A stretch of DNA of 64,000 bases from Bacteroidales bacterium (GTDB lineage Bacteria; Bacteroidota; Bacteroidia; Bacteroidales; CAIWKO01): positions 134,349 through 198,348 of the forward strand of contig JALOBU010000002.1 of the NCBI GenBank assembly GCA_023228145.1. Direction: 5' to 3'. This document shows positions 8,029 through 18,137 of this stretch, piece after piece. The notes beneath the pieces were generated by a model that searched no databases, was not told the origin of the DNA, and saw nothing but the letters and a program-made list of their open reading frames with translations. Position 1 is the first letter of the stretch, and the number at the start of each line of letters is the position of its first letter. The position numbers and the translations under genes were made by a program.

Positions 8029-8200
8029 GTTTTTTGTGTTTTAAATTATTATTTAATAATGAATTGCTTTTTCTATTTTCCGTTTGTAATTAATTGTAAG
8101 CATTTGTAATCGTCTCAACAAATATAAAAAAAACTTATCAAATAAGTGTTTGTAATATATTTTTTTGTTTATCCTGCAATATATAGGCGGCCGGGTTTAA

Positions 8201-8372
8201 TCAGGAGGCTGTCTCAAAAGTCAATATTTGCCAGTATCTAACCTTAGTGTGCCTTAGTGTGTACTTGGTGTCCGCCGCGGCGGACTTTGTGGTTCAACTA
8301 CTTATATTTACCACGAAGTAACTCAAAGGGGTGCACAAAGGCGCACAAAGGACTTTTGAGACAGCCTCCTGA
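8201..8372. mobile_element. MITE-like palindromic element (172 bp)
   Basis: Perfect 22-bp terminal inverted repeats TCAGGAGGCTGTCTCAAAAGTC (8201-8222) and GACTTTTGAGACAGCCTCCTGA (8351-8372). There is a central 16-bp palindrome GTCCGCCGCGGCGGAC (8270-8285). Tandem decamers CCTTAGTGTG x2 are mirrored by GCACAAAGG x2. It has no coding capacity. Confidence 0.65.
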
Positions 8373-8448
8373 CTTGCACAAAAAAATAAAAAATCTCAGG
8401 CATGAGTATTTGCACAGAATTACTAATTTTGAGCAAAAATTATTTACT

Positions 8449-9651
8449 ATGAATTATTTATCCAACAGAATCAACAATTTATCCGAGTCGGAAACCCTTG
8501 CCATGACACAGAAAAGCCGCGAGCTCGCCGCACAGGGTTTCGATGTAATCAATCTCAGCATTGGCGAACCGGACTTCAATACGCCGGAATTTATAAAAAA
8601 TTCAGCCAAAGATGCCATTGACAAAAACTTTACCCACTACCCTCCCGTACCCGGCTATCCGGAATTGCGGCAGGCAATATGCAAAAAACTAAAACGCGAC
8701 AACAACCTTGAATACATCCCCGAGCAGATCGTTGTTTCCACAGGAGCCAAACATTCTATTGCCAATGTGATGCTGGCGCTGGTAAACCCCGGCGATGAAG
8801 TCATCGTGCCGGCGCCCTACTGGGTTTCCTACAAAGAAATAGTGAAACTTGCCGAAGGAAAAGCGGTTTATATCCAAGGCTCTATAGAAAGCAATTTTAA
8901 AGTCAGCCCGCAGCAAATAGAAGAAGCCATAACGGATAAAACCAAGGTGTTTATTTTCAGCAGCCCGTGCAACCCCACCGGCTCGGTTTATACCAAAGAA
9001 GAACTGCGCGCTTTTGCCTCTATATTTGCAAAGCATAAAAACATTTTTATCATCTCCGATGAAATCTATGAATATATCAATTTCCTCGGCAAGCACGAAA
9101 GCATCGCCCAGTTTCCCGAAATTAAAGACCAGGTCATCGTTGTAAACGGTGTTTCAAAAGGCTATGCCATGACGGGCTGGCGTATCGGGTACATTGCCGC
9201 TCCAAAACCCATTGCCAAGGCATGCAGCAAGCTTCAGGGGCAGGTTACTTCGGGAGCGTGCTCCATAGCGCAGAAAGCTTCTTTTACCGCTATTGACAGC
9301 GACCCGCAAAGCATACCTGAGTTCAAACTGATGCTCGATGCTTTCCGCGAAAGGCGCGACCTGCTGCTCAGCCTGCTGAAAGAAATTCCCGGCATAGGCA
9401 CCAACGTACCCGACGGGGCATTTTACGTTTTTATGGACGTAAAAAATTATTTCGGAAAATCCAACGGCACAACCACCATCAAAGGCAGCGACGACCTGAG
9501 CATGCACCTTCTTAACAACGCCCATATTGCCATGGTGCCCGGCACCGCCTTCGGCGACCCAAATTGCCTGCGGTTTTCTTACGCTACTTCCAAGGAAAAA
9601 ATAATTGAAGCCGTGAAGCGTTTAAAAGATGCGCTGGAAAAATTCAAATAA
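8449..9651 (+). CDS. aspC: Aspartate/aromatic aminotransferase, class I/II PLP enzyme
   Basis: I place the start at MNYLSNRINNLSESETLAM. Motifs are INLSIGEPDFNTP, SSPCNPTG and NGVSKGYAMTGWRIGY (PLP lysine). The ORF-track start at 8257 runs through the MITE and is rejected. Confidence 0.85.
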   Translation: MNYLSNRINNLSESETLAMTQKSRELAAQGFDVINLSIGEPDFNTPEFIKNSAKDAIDKNFTHYPPVPGYPELRQAICKKLKRDNNLEYIPEQIVVSTGAKHSIANVMLALVNPGDEVIVPAPYWVSYKEIVKLAEGKAVYIQGSIESNFKVSPQQIEEAITDKTKVFIFSSPCNPTGSVYTKEELRAFASIFAKHKNIFIISDEIYEYINFLGKHESIAQFPEIKDQVIVVNGVSKGYAMTGWRIGYIAAPKPIAKACSKLQGQVTSGACSIAQKASFTAIDSDPQSIPEFKLMLDAFRERRDLLLSLLKEIPGIGTNVPDGAFYVFMDVKNYFGKSNGTTTIKGSDDLSMHLLNNAHIAMVPGTAFGDPNCLRFSYATSKEKIIEAVKRLKDALEKFK

Positions 9652-9663
9652 AATAATTGAACA

Positions 9664-10317
9664 ATGTCTATCACTTTAACTTTTTTAATTTTTATCATTG
9701 TCACCATCAGTACTCTCAGCCTCGGATTGATACTGTTTATTCTGGGGCTCATACAGAAAAAAACCGGGCAATGGGTTGCAGGAGTTATCATGTTCATTTT
9801 GTCCATCATCATTGCTGTAATATGGTTTGTTGGAATAATCGTTAAAATACCTAAAAACTTTGAAAGCAAGGTAAAATATCATTCTGATGAGTATGAGCAA
9901 TACGACAACTACAACAATGACACAGAAAGTTATAATGACGAAGACAACTATATCGTTGACGATAAAAATAATTCTGACAAAATTTCTGGTTTTATTCAGG
10001 ATGTTGATAAAAGCCTTGTTTATATAAAAATAGTTCCCGAACCGGCGCTGAAAGATTACGGCATCAAACTTAACAAAATTGATACGTATTCATCAAAAGA
10101 TGGCAGCAGCAAAATGATTCCTTTGAATATTTCTTTCACAGATAAATTTAAAGGGGAATTGCAGTTGATACTTTATTCCTCCGGCAGGGAAGAACTTGGG
10201 AAAAGCTTGGTTCATATCGGCCAGGAAAAAAATACTACTTTTACTGTCAGATTTATTTTCGAGGATGAAGCCAATTTCTTAAAAACCGATTATGCACTTT
10301 TAAAATCAAGTGACTGA
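9664..10317 (+). CDS. Hypothetical membrane protein (2 TM, acidic N/D/Y-rich linker)
   Basis: 217-aa ORF. Its stop overlaps the next start (ATGA). It has two N-terminal hydrophobic helices and no recognised motif. Confidence 0.6.
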   Translation: MSITLTFLIFIIVTISTLSLGLILFILGLIQKKTGQWVAGVIMFILSIIIAVIWFVGIIVKIPKNFESKVKYHSDEYEQYDNYNNDTESYNDEDNYIVDDKNNSDKISGFIQDVDKSLVYIKIVPEPALKDYGIKLNKIDTYSSKDGSSKMIPLNISFTDKFKGELQLILYSSGREELGKSLVHIGQEKNTTFTVRFIFEDEANFLKTDYALLKSSD

Positions 10318-11333
10318 TGTTATCCCTAGACAGAAATTCTGCAGCAAAATTATTTCATGACTTTACGGGCATGAAAGCCCTGGTGATTGGAGATGTGATG
10401 CTCGATTCATACATCTGGGGCCATGTTGAACGAATTTCACCCGAAGCTCCTGTGCCTGTAGTAAGTGTCAGTAAGCGCGAAAACCGTCTGGGCGGGGCAG
10501 CCAATGTAGTGCTAAACCTGCAAGCCTTGGGGGCTGTACCCATCTTGTGTTCAGTTACAGGAAATGACTCCCGCTGTGATGATTTTTGCAAATTACTCGA
10601 ACAACATGATATTTCTCATGCAGGCATACTGAAAAATGAACAGCGCAGCACAACCACAAAATTCCGTATCATTGGCAATAACTATCAGATGCTGCGAGTG
10701 GACGAAGAAACCACACAAGTGCTTAATCAGGATGAAAGCCGTAACTTCTTCAACCTGATAGAACGCATTGTTTTGGCTGAAAATCCGCAGGTTATTATTT
10801 TTGAAGATTATGACAAAGGTGTTATAAACCATGCGCTGATACAATGGGTAGTTGAACTTGCCGAGAAAAAGAAAATTCCTTTGGTAGTTGACCCTAAAAA
10901 GAAAAATTTTTTACATTATAAACGTGTGAGCCTGTTTAAACCCAATTTTACAGAGCTTTGCGAAGGATTGAAGATAGAAAACGTACAGAAAACCCCCGAA
11001 AGCCTGCTAAGGATATGTTCTGCTTTTCAGTACCAGCATGACATTCCTAACATGATGCTCACTCTATCTGAAAAAGGAATGTTCATTTCTTCTGCTGACA
11101 AAATAGGTAAATACACTGGAGAAATGATACCCGCAAGAGTTCGCAATATTGCCGATGTTTCGGGTGCCGGCGATACCGTTATCTCCATTGCAGCCTTATG
11201 CACTGCTCTAAAACTTCCTCTTTACGATACAGCTTTCATAGCGAATATCGGCGGAGGACTAGTGTGTGAACACACAGGTGTTGTTCCTGTTAACAAAGAA
11301 AAACTTAAGGAAGAAGTTTTGTCATTGATGTAA
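10317..11333 (+). CDS. PfkB-family sugar kinase, RfaE domain-I-like (D-glycero-beta-D-manno-heptose-7-phosphate kinase)
   Basis: VIGDVMLDSYIWGHVERISPEAPVPVV, NRLGGAANV and C-terminal DVSGAGDT motifs, typical of RfaE/HldE kinase domains. Confidence 0.75.
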   Translation: MLSLDRNSAAKLFHDFTGMKALVIGDVMLDSYIWGHVERISPEAPVPVVSVSKRENRLGGAANVVLNLQALGAVPILCSVTGNDSRCDDFCKLLEQHDISHAGILKNEQRSTTTKFRIIGNNYQMLRVDEETTQVLNQDESRNFFNLIERIVLAENPQVIIFEDYDKGVINHALIQWVVELAEKKKIPLVVDPKKKNFLHYKRVSLFKPNFTELCEGLKIENVQKTPESLLRICSAFQYQHDIPNMMLTLSEKGMFISSADKIGKYTGEMIPARVRNIADVSGAGDTVISIAALCTALKLPLYDTAFIANIGGGLVCEHTGVVPVNKEKLKEEVLSLM

Positions 11334-11356
11334 CAAATGCTCTTCATTTTTTCAAA

Positions 11357-12067
11357 ATGAATGCTTCCCGTTTCAAAACAAAAAATGATGAAATAGCCGG
11401 CCTTTTCGACAGCATTGCGGGGCATTACGACTTTCTGAACCATTTCCTTTCTTTCGGCATTGATAAACTTTGGAGAAAAAAAATCATCCGAATGATAAGC
11501 AAGGAACATCCTGACAGCATACTGGACATTGCTACCGGAACTTCGGACCTTGCCATAGCTGCAGCTACAAAAATCCAGGGTGTGCAAATTACAGGGATAG
11601 ATATTTCGGAAAAAATGCTTGGCATTGCCAAAGAAAAAATTCGAGAAAAACACCTCGAAGACAGGATAACATTGCAAAAAAAATCTGCCGAAAGTATGGA
11701 TTTTGCAGACAACAACTTCGACAATGTGATGGTTGCATTTGGGGTACGAAATTTTGAAGACCTAAACAAAGGCCTTCAACAGATGCTGCGTGTGGTAAAA
11801 CCCGGAAGGAAAATTTTTATACTGGAGTTTTCAAAGCCACAGGGGTTCATAAAACCTTTTTTTAATTTTTACTTCCGATACCTGTTGCCTTTTATCGGGA
11901 AGTTAATATCAGGCAACAGCAATGCCTACCGATATCTTCACCGAAGTGCTATCAGTTTCCCTGACAGAAAATATTTCACGGATATACTCACTCAACAAGG
12001 GTTTACAAAGACATACTGCCACTATTTGAGCAGTGGGATTGCCACCATTTATGTCGGAATTAAGTAA
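11357..12067 (+). CDS. ubiE: Demethylmenaquinone/ubiquinone methyltransferase
   Basis: YDFLNHFLSFGIDKLWRKK, SAM motif ILDIATGTSDL and VAFGVRNF, characteristic of UbiE/MenG. Confidence 0.85.
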   Translation: MNASRFKTKNDEIAGLFDSIAGHYDFLNHFLSFGIDKLWRKKIIRMISKEHPDSILDIATGTSDLAIAAATKIQGVQITGIDISEKMLGIAKEKIREKHLEDRITLQKKSAESMDFADNNFDNVMVAFGVRNFEDLNKGLQQMLRVVKPGRKIFILEFSKPQGFIKPFFNFYFRYLLPFIGKLISGNSNAYRYLHRSAISFPDRKYFTDILTQQGFTKTYCHYLSSGIATIYVGIK

Positions 12068-12133
12068 AAAATAGTATAATTTTGCAATAGATTTTAATAT
12101 CGCACGTTATTTTAGGTTCAGAAAGCGTTTGTA

Positions 12134-12865
12134 TTGAAAACGATAATAAAATATTTTTCCCTCATCACATTTGTTTTTCTTCTTTGTGGTGGTTCATCTT
12201 TTGCACAGTACCGCGAGCACAGGTTTGTTGAAAACCTGCCCAAGTTCGATAAACGCCGTTATCATTTCGGCTTTTTGCTGGGGATGAACTATATGGATTT
12301 TGCTTTGAAAAGCGCCAAAGACCTATCACCTTACGATTCGCTCACAGCAATAACCACCAAGCCAGACTTTGGTTTTGACATCGGCATCGTTTCCAGTCTG
12401 ACACTCACCAAGTATCTCAGCCTGCGCTTTGTGCCCACACTTTCTTTTGGGAACCGTACCGTTGAATATACTTTCCTGCACAATGACTCCATCACATATA
12501 AACAAAGCAAACGCATCGAGTCAACTTTCATGTTTTTTCCTTTATACCTTAAATACCAGTCAAAACGCATAGGGAATTTCAGAGCTTACGTTATTGGCGG
12601 AGCCAAATACGCGATAGATATGGCATCGCAGGCAAAGAAAAAGAATAAGGAAGGCGAGGCCCCTATAAAACTCAGGCGCAGCGATGTACTTATTGATGTC
12701 GGCACCGGGCTTGATTTTTTCCTGCCCTACTTTAAATTCGGCATAGAACTTAAAATGTCTTATGGTCTACCCAACCTTCTCATCCCCGAAAACACCATCT
12801 ATACCAACAGCATTCGCCGCCTCGGTTCAAAACTATTCCAGCTCTCTCTTACTTTTGAAGGATAA
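12134..12865 (+). CDS. porT: Outer-membrane beta-barrel protein, PorT/SprT-like (T9SS-associated)
   Basis: TTG start, signal peptide ...SSFAQ, alternating beta-strand pattern, and C-terminal LSLTFEG. A position directly after ubiE is, as I recall, the arrangement in other Bacteroidota. Confidence 0.5.
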   Translation: MKTIIKYFSLITFVFLLCGGSSFAQYREHRFVENLPKFDKRRYHFGFLLGMNYMDFALKSAKDLSPYDSLTAITTKPDFGFDIGIVSSLTLTKYLSLRFVPTLSFGNRTVEYTFLHNDSITYKQSKRIESTFMFFPLYLKYQSKRIGNFRAYVIGGAKYAIDMASQAKKKNKEGEAPIKLRRSDVLIDVGTGLDFFLPYFKFGIELKMSYGLPNLLIPENTIYTNSIRRLGSKLFQLSLTFEG

Positions 12866-12881
12866 GTTTTTTCATACTGTT

Positions 12882-12927
12882 ATGAGCCGGAGTACGGCTT
12901 TAATCCGTACTCCGGCTCATCAGTTTT
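12882..12927 (+). terminator. Perfect 16-bp hairpin after porT-like gene
   Basis: ATGAGCCGGAGTACGG (12882-12897) pairs with CCGTACTCCGGCTCAT (12905-12920), followed by CAGTTTTG. Confidence 0.6.
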
Positions 12928-12980
12928 GAAGTTTCGCCTACATTGATTATTTTTGTCCTACTCATAAATACTTATTTATC

Positions 12981-15900
12981 ATGAAACGTATTACATTTTC
13001 CATTTTGCTCACTTTTGTATTTGCCGACTTTGCTTTAAATGCTCAGAATGAAATGAGGCTGCTGCGTTTTCCTGCGATACACGCCAACACCATTGTTTTC
13101 TCCTATGCCGGAGATTTATACTCGGTGGATAAAAAGGGAGGCACCGCCCGCAAACTTACCAGCGACATAGGTTACGAGATGTTTGCACGCTTTTCGCCCG
13201 ATGGCAATAACATAGCCTTTACAGCCCAATACGACGGCAACACCGAAATTTATACGATGCCCGCCGCCGGCGGACTGCCCGTTAGGCAGACATATACCGC
13301 CACACTCGGCAGGGATGACCTCTCCGACCGTATGGGCCCCAACAACATTGTCATGACATGGAAAGACAATCAAACCATTATTTTCAGATCAAGAATGAAG
13401 TCTTTCAACGATTTCAAAGGACAGCTGTTCAGCATAAATACAACAGATGGAAAAATGGAAGAATTGCCCTTGCCATGCGGAGGATTTTGCTCTTATGCTC
13501 CTGACAAAACCAAATTAGCATACAATCGTGTATTCCGCGAATTCAGAACCTGGAAATATTATAAAGGCGGCATGGCCGACGATATCTGGATATACGATTT
13601 TAAAGAAAAAACCACTGTAAATATTACCAATAACCCTGCTCAAGATATTTTCCCCATGTGGCATGGCGATATTATCTATTTCCTCTCCGACCGCGACCGT
13701 ATCATGAATCTTTTTAGCTATAATATTACTAGTAAAGAAACTAAAAAACTTACGGACTTTACCGAATTCGACATGAAATTCCCGTCCCTTGGCGACAGCT
13801 CTATTGTCTTTGAAAATGGAGGTTACATTTATATTTTTGACTTCAAAACACAAAAGTCAACAAAGGTAAATATTCAAATAGCCGACGACCTGAATACAGG
13901 CCGCAATGAGATGAAAGACGCCTTCAAAAACATTACCGGCTACGACATTTCCCCTGACGGTAAACGGCTTGTTTTCAACGGGCGCGGCGATGTGTTTTCT
14001 GTGCCTGCAAAAAGCGGTATCACACGTAACCTGACACAAAGTTCCGGAATTCATGACCGCAATGCCGCCTGGTCGCCCGATGGAAAATATATTGCTTACA
14101 TTTCGGATGCAAGCGGGGAAGATGAAATATATATTGTTGCACAGGACGGAACATCAGAACCTGTTAAACTCACTACGAAGTCCGATACATACAAATACCA
14201 GCCTATATGGTCGCCTGACAGTAAGAAATTACTTTGGTCTGATAACATGTTAAGACTGCAATATGTTGACATAGAGACAAAAAATGTAACGCAGGTTGAC
14301 AAAGCCACTGACGGAGAATTCAGGGAATTTGACTGGTCGCCCGACAGCAAATGGATTGCTTACGCCAGACCTGACAGAAGCAGTGAGATAAAAATCTACT
14401 TATACGAGCTGGCTTCTTCAAAAAAACATGCTGTTACCGATGGATGGTACGACTGCGGCGAGCCGGTTTTCAGCTCTGACGGGAAATACCTGTTTTTTGC
14501 TTCTTCACGCGACTTTAATCCTATTTACAGCTGGACGGAATGGAACCACGCATATACAAACATGAATAAAATTTATATGCTTACCCTTGCCAAAACAACG
14601 CCCTCCCCTTTTCAGCCAACTGATGATGAAGTGAAAATAAGCAGCGAAACTAAAGAAAGTGAATCCAAAGAAAATGACAGCAAAACAGTTGAAGTAAAAA
14701 TTGATATTGACGGCATCTCTGACCGGATTATTGCCTTTCCCGTAAGTGCGGGCAATTACTGGAATATCAGCAGTGCCGGCAATATGGTTTATTATTGCCG
14801 CACCACAACATCCGAGCCAAGCGCAGCACTTATAGCCTTTGACCTGAAAGAAAAAAAGGAAACCAACCTGGGGGCATACAGAAATTACATCCTATCTTAT
14901 GACAAAAAGAAAATAGTAATAAGCGATAAAGGAAAGTACGCAGTAATTGACCTGCCGAAATCAAAAATTGAAATAAAAGACTATGTGGACTTGTCGAACA
15001 TGAAGGTATGGATAAACCTTAAGGACGAATGGAAACAGATTTTCACAGAATCATGGCGGCAGATGCGAGATTTCTTTTACGACCCCGGTATGCATGGCTT
15101 GGACTGGAAAGCCATATACAAAAAATACGAGCCCCTTACAGTTTATGTAAACCACCGTGCCGACCTTACCTATATCATTGGGGAAATGATAGGAGAACTT
15201 AATGTGGGGCATGCTTATACAGGTGGAGGTGAAAAACCCGAGCCTGAGAAAATAAAAATTGGATTACTCGGCGCTGAAATAGTAAAAGACAATTCGGGAT
15301 ATTACCAGATTAATAAAATATTACACGGTGAAAACTGGAACGATAATACCCGTTCGCCACTGACCGAAGTCGGAGTGGATGTGAAGGAAGGTGATTTCAT
15401 TATTGCTGTTAACGGAAAATCTGTTTTAAATTCAAAAAACATTTATGAATTGCTGATCAATACTGCCGGACAACAGGTGGAACTCACGGTAAGCACTACT
15501 GCTTCGGCACAGGGTGCCCGCAAAGTTATCGTTATCCCCGTCGAAGACGAATCGGGCCTTTACTATTACAACTGGGTGCAAAACAACATAAAAAAGGTTA
15601 ACGAAGCCACAGACGGCAAAGTGGGATATATCCACATCCCCGACATGAGCGTTGGAGGGCTTAACGAATTTGTAAAACATTTTTATCCCCAGCTCAGCAA
15701 ACAAGCCCTGATTATTGACGACCGTGGCAACGGTGGCGGCAATGTTTCGCCTATGATCATCGAGCGCCTGAACCGCGAATTGGTGTATATGAAAATGTCG
15801 CGCAATACCAGGCAAAACACAGCAGGCATTGCTCAGCAGTATGGGCCAAAAATATGTTTGATCGACCAGTATTCTGCTTCTGATGGTGATTTATTTCCCT

Positions 15901-16223
15901 ATCAGTTCAAGGAATTAAAGATTGGAAAATTAGTTGGGCAGCGAACCTGGGGCGGTGTGGTTGGCATACGCGGCTCTTTACCATTGATTGACGGAGGATA
16001 TCTTAACAAACCTGAATTTGCCCATTACGATGCCGAAGGTAAAAAATGGATTATCGAAGGTTATGGAGTTGACCCGGATGTATTAATAATTAATGACCCT
16101 GCTAAAGAATATTCCGGTGAAGACGAACAGTTGAACAAAGCCATAGAGTTGATATTGGAAGAATTGAAAAAAACCGATACCAAACTGCCGCCAATACCGC
16201 CATTTCCGGATAAGACGAAATAA
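12981..16223 (+). CDS. Tricorn protease homologue (S41 peptidase with beta-propeller, PDZ and C-terminal peptidase domains)
   Basis: 1080 aa with a signal peptide. It has repeated WSPDG/FSPDG propeller motifs, a PDZ-like segment, and a catalytic region LIDQYSASDGDLF...TWGG. Confidence 0.85.
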   Translation: MKRITFSILLTFVFADFALNAQNEMRLLRFPAIHANTIVFSYAGDLYSVDKKGGTARKLTSDIGYEMFARFSPDGNNIAFTAQYDGNTEIYTMPAAGGLPVRQTYTATLGRDDLSDRMGPNNIVMTWKDNQTIIFRSRMKSFNDFKGQLFSINTTDGKMEELPLPCGGFCSYAPDKTKLAYNRVFREFRTWKYYKGGMADDIWIYDFKEKTTVNITNNPAQDIFPMWHGDIIYFLSDRDRIMNLFSYNITSKETKKLTDFTEFDMKFPSLGDSSIVFENGGYIYIFDFKTQKSTKVNIQIADDLNTGRNEMKDAFKNITGYDISPDGKRLVFNGRGDVFSVPAKSGITRNLTQSSGIHDRNAAWSPDGKYIAYISDASGEDEIYIVAQDGTSEPVKLTTKSDTYKYQPIWSPDSKKLLWSDNMLRLQYVDIETKNVTQVDKATDGEFREFDWSPDSKWIAYARPDRSSEIKIYLYELASSKKHAVTDGWYDCGEPVFSSDGKYLFFASSRDFNPIYSWTEWNHAYTNMNKIYMLTLAKTTPSPFQPTDDEVKISSETKESESKENDSKTVEVKIDIDGISDRIIAFPVSAGNYWNISSAGNMVYYCRTTTSEPSAALIAFDLKEKKETNLGAYRNYILSYDKKKIVISDKGKYAVIDLPKSKIEIKDYVDLSNMKVWINLKDEWKQIFTESWRQMRDFFYDPGMHGLDWKAIYKKYEPLTVYVNHRADLTYIIGEMIGELNVGHAYTGGGEKPEPEKIKIGLLGAEIVKDNSGYYQINKILHGENWNDNTRSPLTEVGVDVKEGDFIIAVNGKSVLNSKNIYELLINTAGQQVELTVSTTASAQGARKVIVIPVEDESGLYYYNWVQNNIKKVNEATDGKVGYIHIPDMSVGGLNEFVKHFYPQLSKQALIIDDRGNGGGNVSPMIIERLNRELVYMKMSRNTRQNTAGIAQQYGPKICLIDQYSASDGDLFPYQFKELKIGKLVGQRTWGGVVGIRGSLPLIDGGYLNKPEFAHYDAEGKKWIIEGYGVDPDVLIINDPAKEYSGEDEQLNKAIELILEELKKTDTKLPPIPPFPDKTK

Positions 16224-16264
16224 GTGAATAAAAAAAACTTTGAAATTTCAAAACGATATGCAAT

Positions 16265-16294
16265 AAAAAAGCCGGTCAAAAAGGCCGGCTTTTA
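16265..16294. terminator. Bidirectional hairpin between convergent tricorn and SOD genes
   Basis: AAAAGCCGG (16267-16275) pairs with CCGGCTTTT (16285-16293), with A/T tracts on both sides. Confidence 0.6.
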
Positions 16295-16404
16295 ATGAAA
16301 TAACATTTACGTTTATTCTTTTTTTTCTGTTCTGCAACTTCTACATTGTGCATTTATACTAAATGGCAAAAAAAGAAGGCATAACCCTACTATATAGTAA
16401 AAGT

Positions 16405-17136
16405 TCATTTTTTTATAGCTTTTTGATAGCGTTCTTCAACTGCTTTCCAGTTTAAGACATTCCAGAATGCATTGATGTAATCTGCACGCTTATTTTGATA
16501 TTTCAGGTAGTATGCATGCTCCCATACATCCATACCCAGGATTGGGATACCGTGTTTTTCAGTCACATCCATCAAGGGGTTATCCTGATTGGGAGTTGAA
16601 CTGATAAAAAGCCCGCCATTTTCATCAACACTAAGCCAGACCCAGCCGCTGCCAAAACGTGTCATTCCGGCATTGAAAAAATCTTCTTTAAATTTTTCCA
16701 TGCTTCCAAAGCGCTTTATTAAAAGGTCCTCAAAACCTTCTGACATTTTCGAGCCGCCCGGAGTCATTATGTCCCAGAAAAGTTCATGATTGAAATATCC
16801 ACCTCCGTTATTTCTAACTGCTGCAGGATACTTACTTACTTCAGCAAACACATCAATCAACTCTTTATTCTCGAGAGCTGTGCCGTTTATTGCTTTTAAA
16901 AAATTATCAAAATATGCTTTGTGGTGCCTTGAATAATGAATCTCCATTGTCATTTTATCAATATAGGGCTCCAGGGCATCGTAATCATAAGGCAAAGGTT
17001 TAAATTCATGATTTATTTTTTCAGTTGTATTCATAAGGGTATTTTTTTGTTGGTTAATACTATTTTTATTTGACTGTGCATGTGCCTGTACGGAAAAAAT
17101 CAACGCCAGACTTAATATAAATATACTTTTTTTCAT
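16405..17136 (-). CDS. sodB: Fe/Mn superoxide dismutase with N-terminal signal peptide
   Basis: LPYDYDALEPYID, HYSRHHKAY and DVWEHAYYLKYQNKRADY. These are preceded by the signal MKKSIFILSLALIFSVQAHA and a ~25-aa linker. Confidence 0.9.
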   Translation of the reverse strand: MKKSIFILSLALIFSVQAHAQSNKNSINQQKNTLMNTTEKINHEFKPLPYDYDALEPYIDKMTMEIHYSRHHKAYFDNFLKAINGTALENKELIDVFAEVSKYPAAVRNNGGGYFNHELFWDIMTPGGSKMSEGFEDLLIKRFGSMEKFKEDFFNAGMTRFGSGWVWLSVDENGGLFISSTPNQDNPLMDVTEKHGIPILGMDVWEHAYYLKYQNKRADYINAFWNVLNWKAVEERYQKAIKK

Positions 17137-17241
17137 TTAATTATTATTTAGACTTATTTCAAATAACAAATTGTATGCCAAAATAAAACCTGACATCATG
17201 TCACATGAATGTTTTTTTGAAATAAAATTCAATAGTTATTT

Positions 17242-18048
17242 TTAGGCAAAATCAACCCGGATGCTGTCATAAAATCCGGCTCCCAGTAATTTTTTTGCAC
17301 TGCCTTTTACCACAGCAATTTCGAGCATGCCTGAAGAACCAAATAAGGCCATAAGTTCTCCACCTGTTTCTTCCGAATAATTCCTGCTTATTTTGGTTAT
17401 CGTATGATTTCTGAAATAGATGGCAAAATTCCTTTTTCCCCTTACCTCTTCAAATTCATCCATACTGATATTTGTGATGGCGTTGCCGTATGAATCAATA
17501 TAGGCAACAATGCCACTGATGGAATCATTCTGGATGGCAGGCTTGAATTTGTTGACAAAAAACAATTTCTTTTTTTCAACTCCCAATTTATCCACAGGAG
17601 TGCCTGAAGCTATTTCGCATGCAATACCAGCGTAAATGGTATAGGCAGGAAAAATAAATGACTTCATTTTCGGCGGGGCAGAGATTTTTATAATCTTGTC
17701 AGGATTATTGTTACATAGCAGAGTGAATATGCCATTATTAAGTCCGACAAAATAATGCTTGTTATAACATACAATGGCATGATACACTTCAATTGTTTCG
17801 GGGTCATAATCATCATCCTCTTTGATTTCAATTTGAAAGTCAACACCCACAATATGAATACTACCATCAGGAAAATTTTTATAGGAATGCTCAAGCACGT
17901 ATGCAGCATGAGAGATGCTGAATTTTTCGATAGCATGTGAAATATCAACAATCATGGCTCCCGGCAAGCGGCTTATGATTAGGCCCTTAACAGCCGCTAT
18001 GTAATGGTCGGAAATACCCCAGTCCGTTGTTAAGGTTATGATTGCCAT
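17242..18048 (-). CDS. SAM hydrolase / SAM-dependent halogenase family protein (DUF62)
   Basis: N-terminal IITLTTDWGISDHYIAAVKG and DISH motifs, typical of the S-adenosyl-L-methionine hydroxide adenosyltransferase family. Confidence 0.75.
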   Translation of the reverse strand: MAIITLTTDWGISDHYIAAVKGLIISRLPGAMIVDISHAIEKFSISHAAYVLEHSYKNFPDGSIHIVGVDFQIEIKEDDDYDPETIEVYHAIVCYNKHYFVGLNNGIFTLLCNNNPDKIIKISAPPKMKSFIFPAYTIYAGIACEIASGTPVDKLGVEKKKLFFVNKFKPAIQNDSISGIVAYIDSYGNAITNISMDEFEEVRGKRNFAIYFRNHTITKISRNYSEETGGELMALFGSSGMLEIAVVKGSAKKLLGAGFYDSIRVDFA

Positions 18049-18137
18049 AAATGCAGATATTTGCCATCAAATTTACAAATTTTAAAAAGTACAACACAAT
18101 ATTTGTTATTTTTGTTTGAAAAAGAATTAGCTTTTTC

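Noticed and set aside
8257-8448. 64-codon N-terminal extension of the aminotransferase ORF (track start 8257)
   Set aside because: The extension is translated from the MITE-like palindrome (Cys/Pro/Arg-rich junk such as MCTWCPPRRTLW). The conserved aminotransferase N-terminus begins at ATG 8449.
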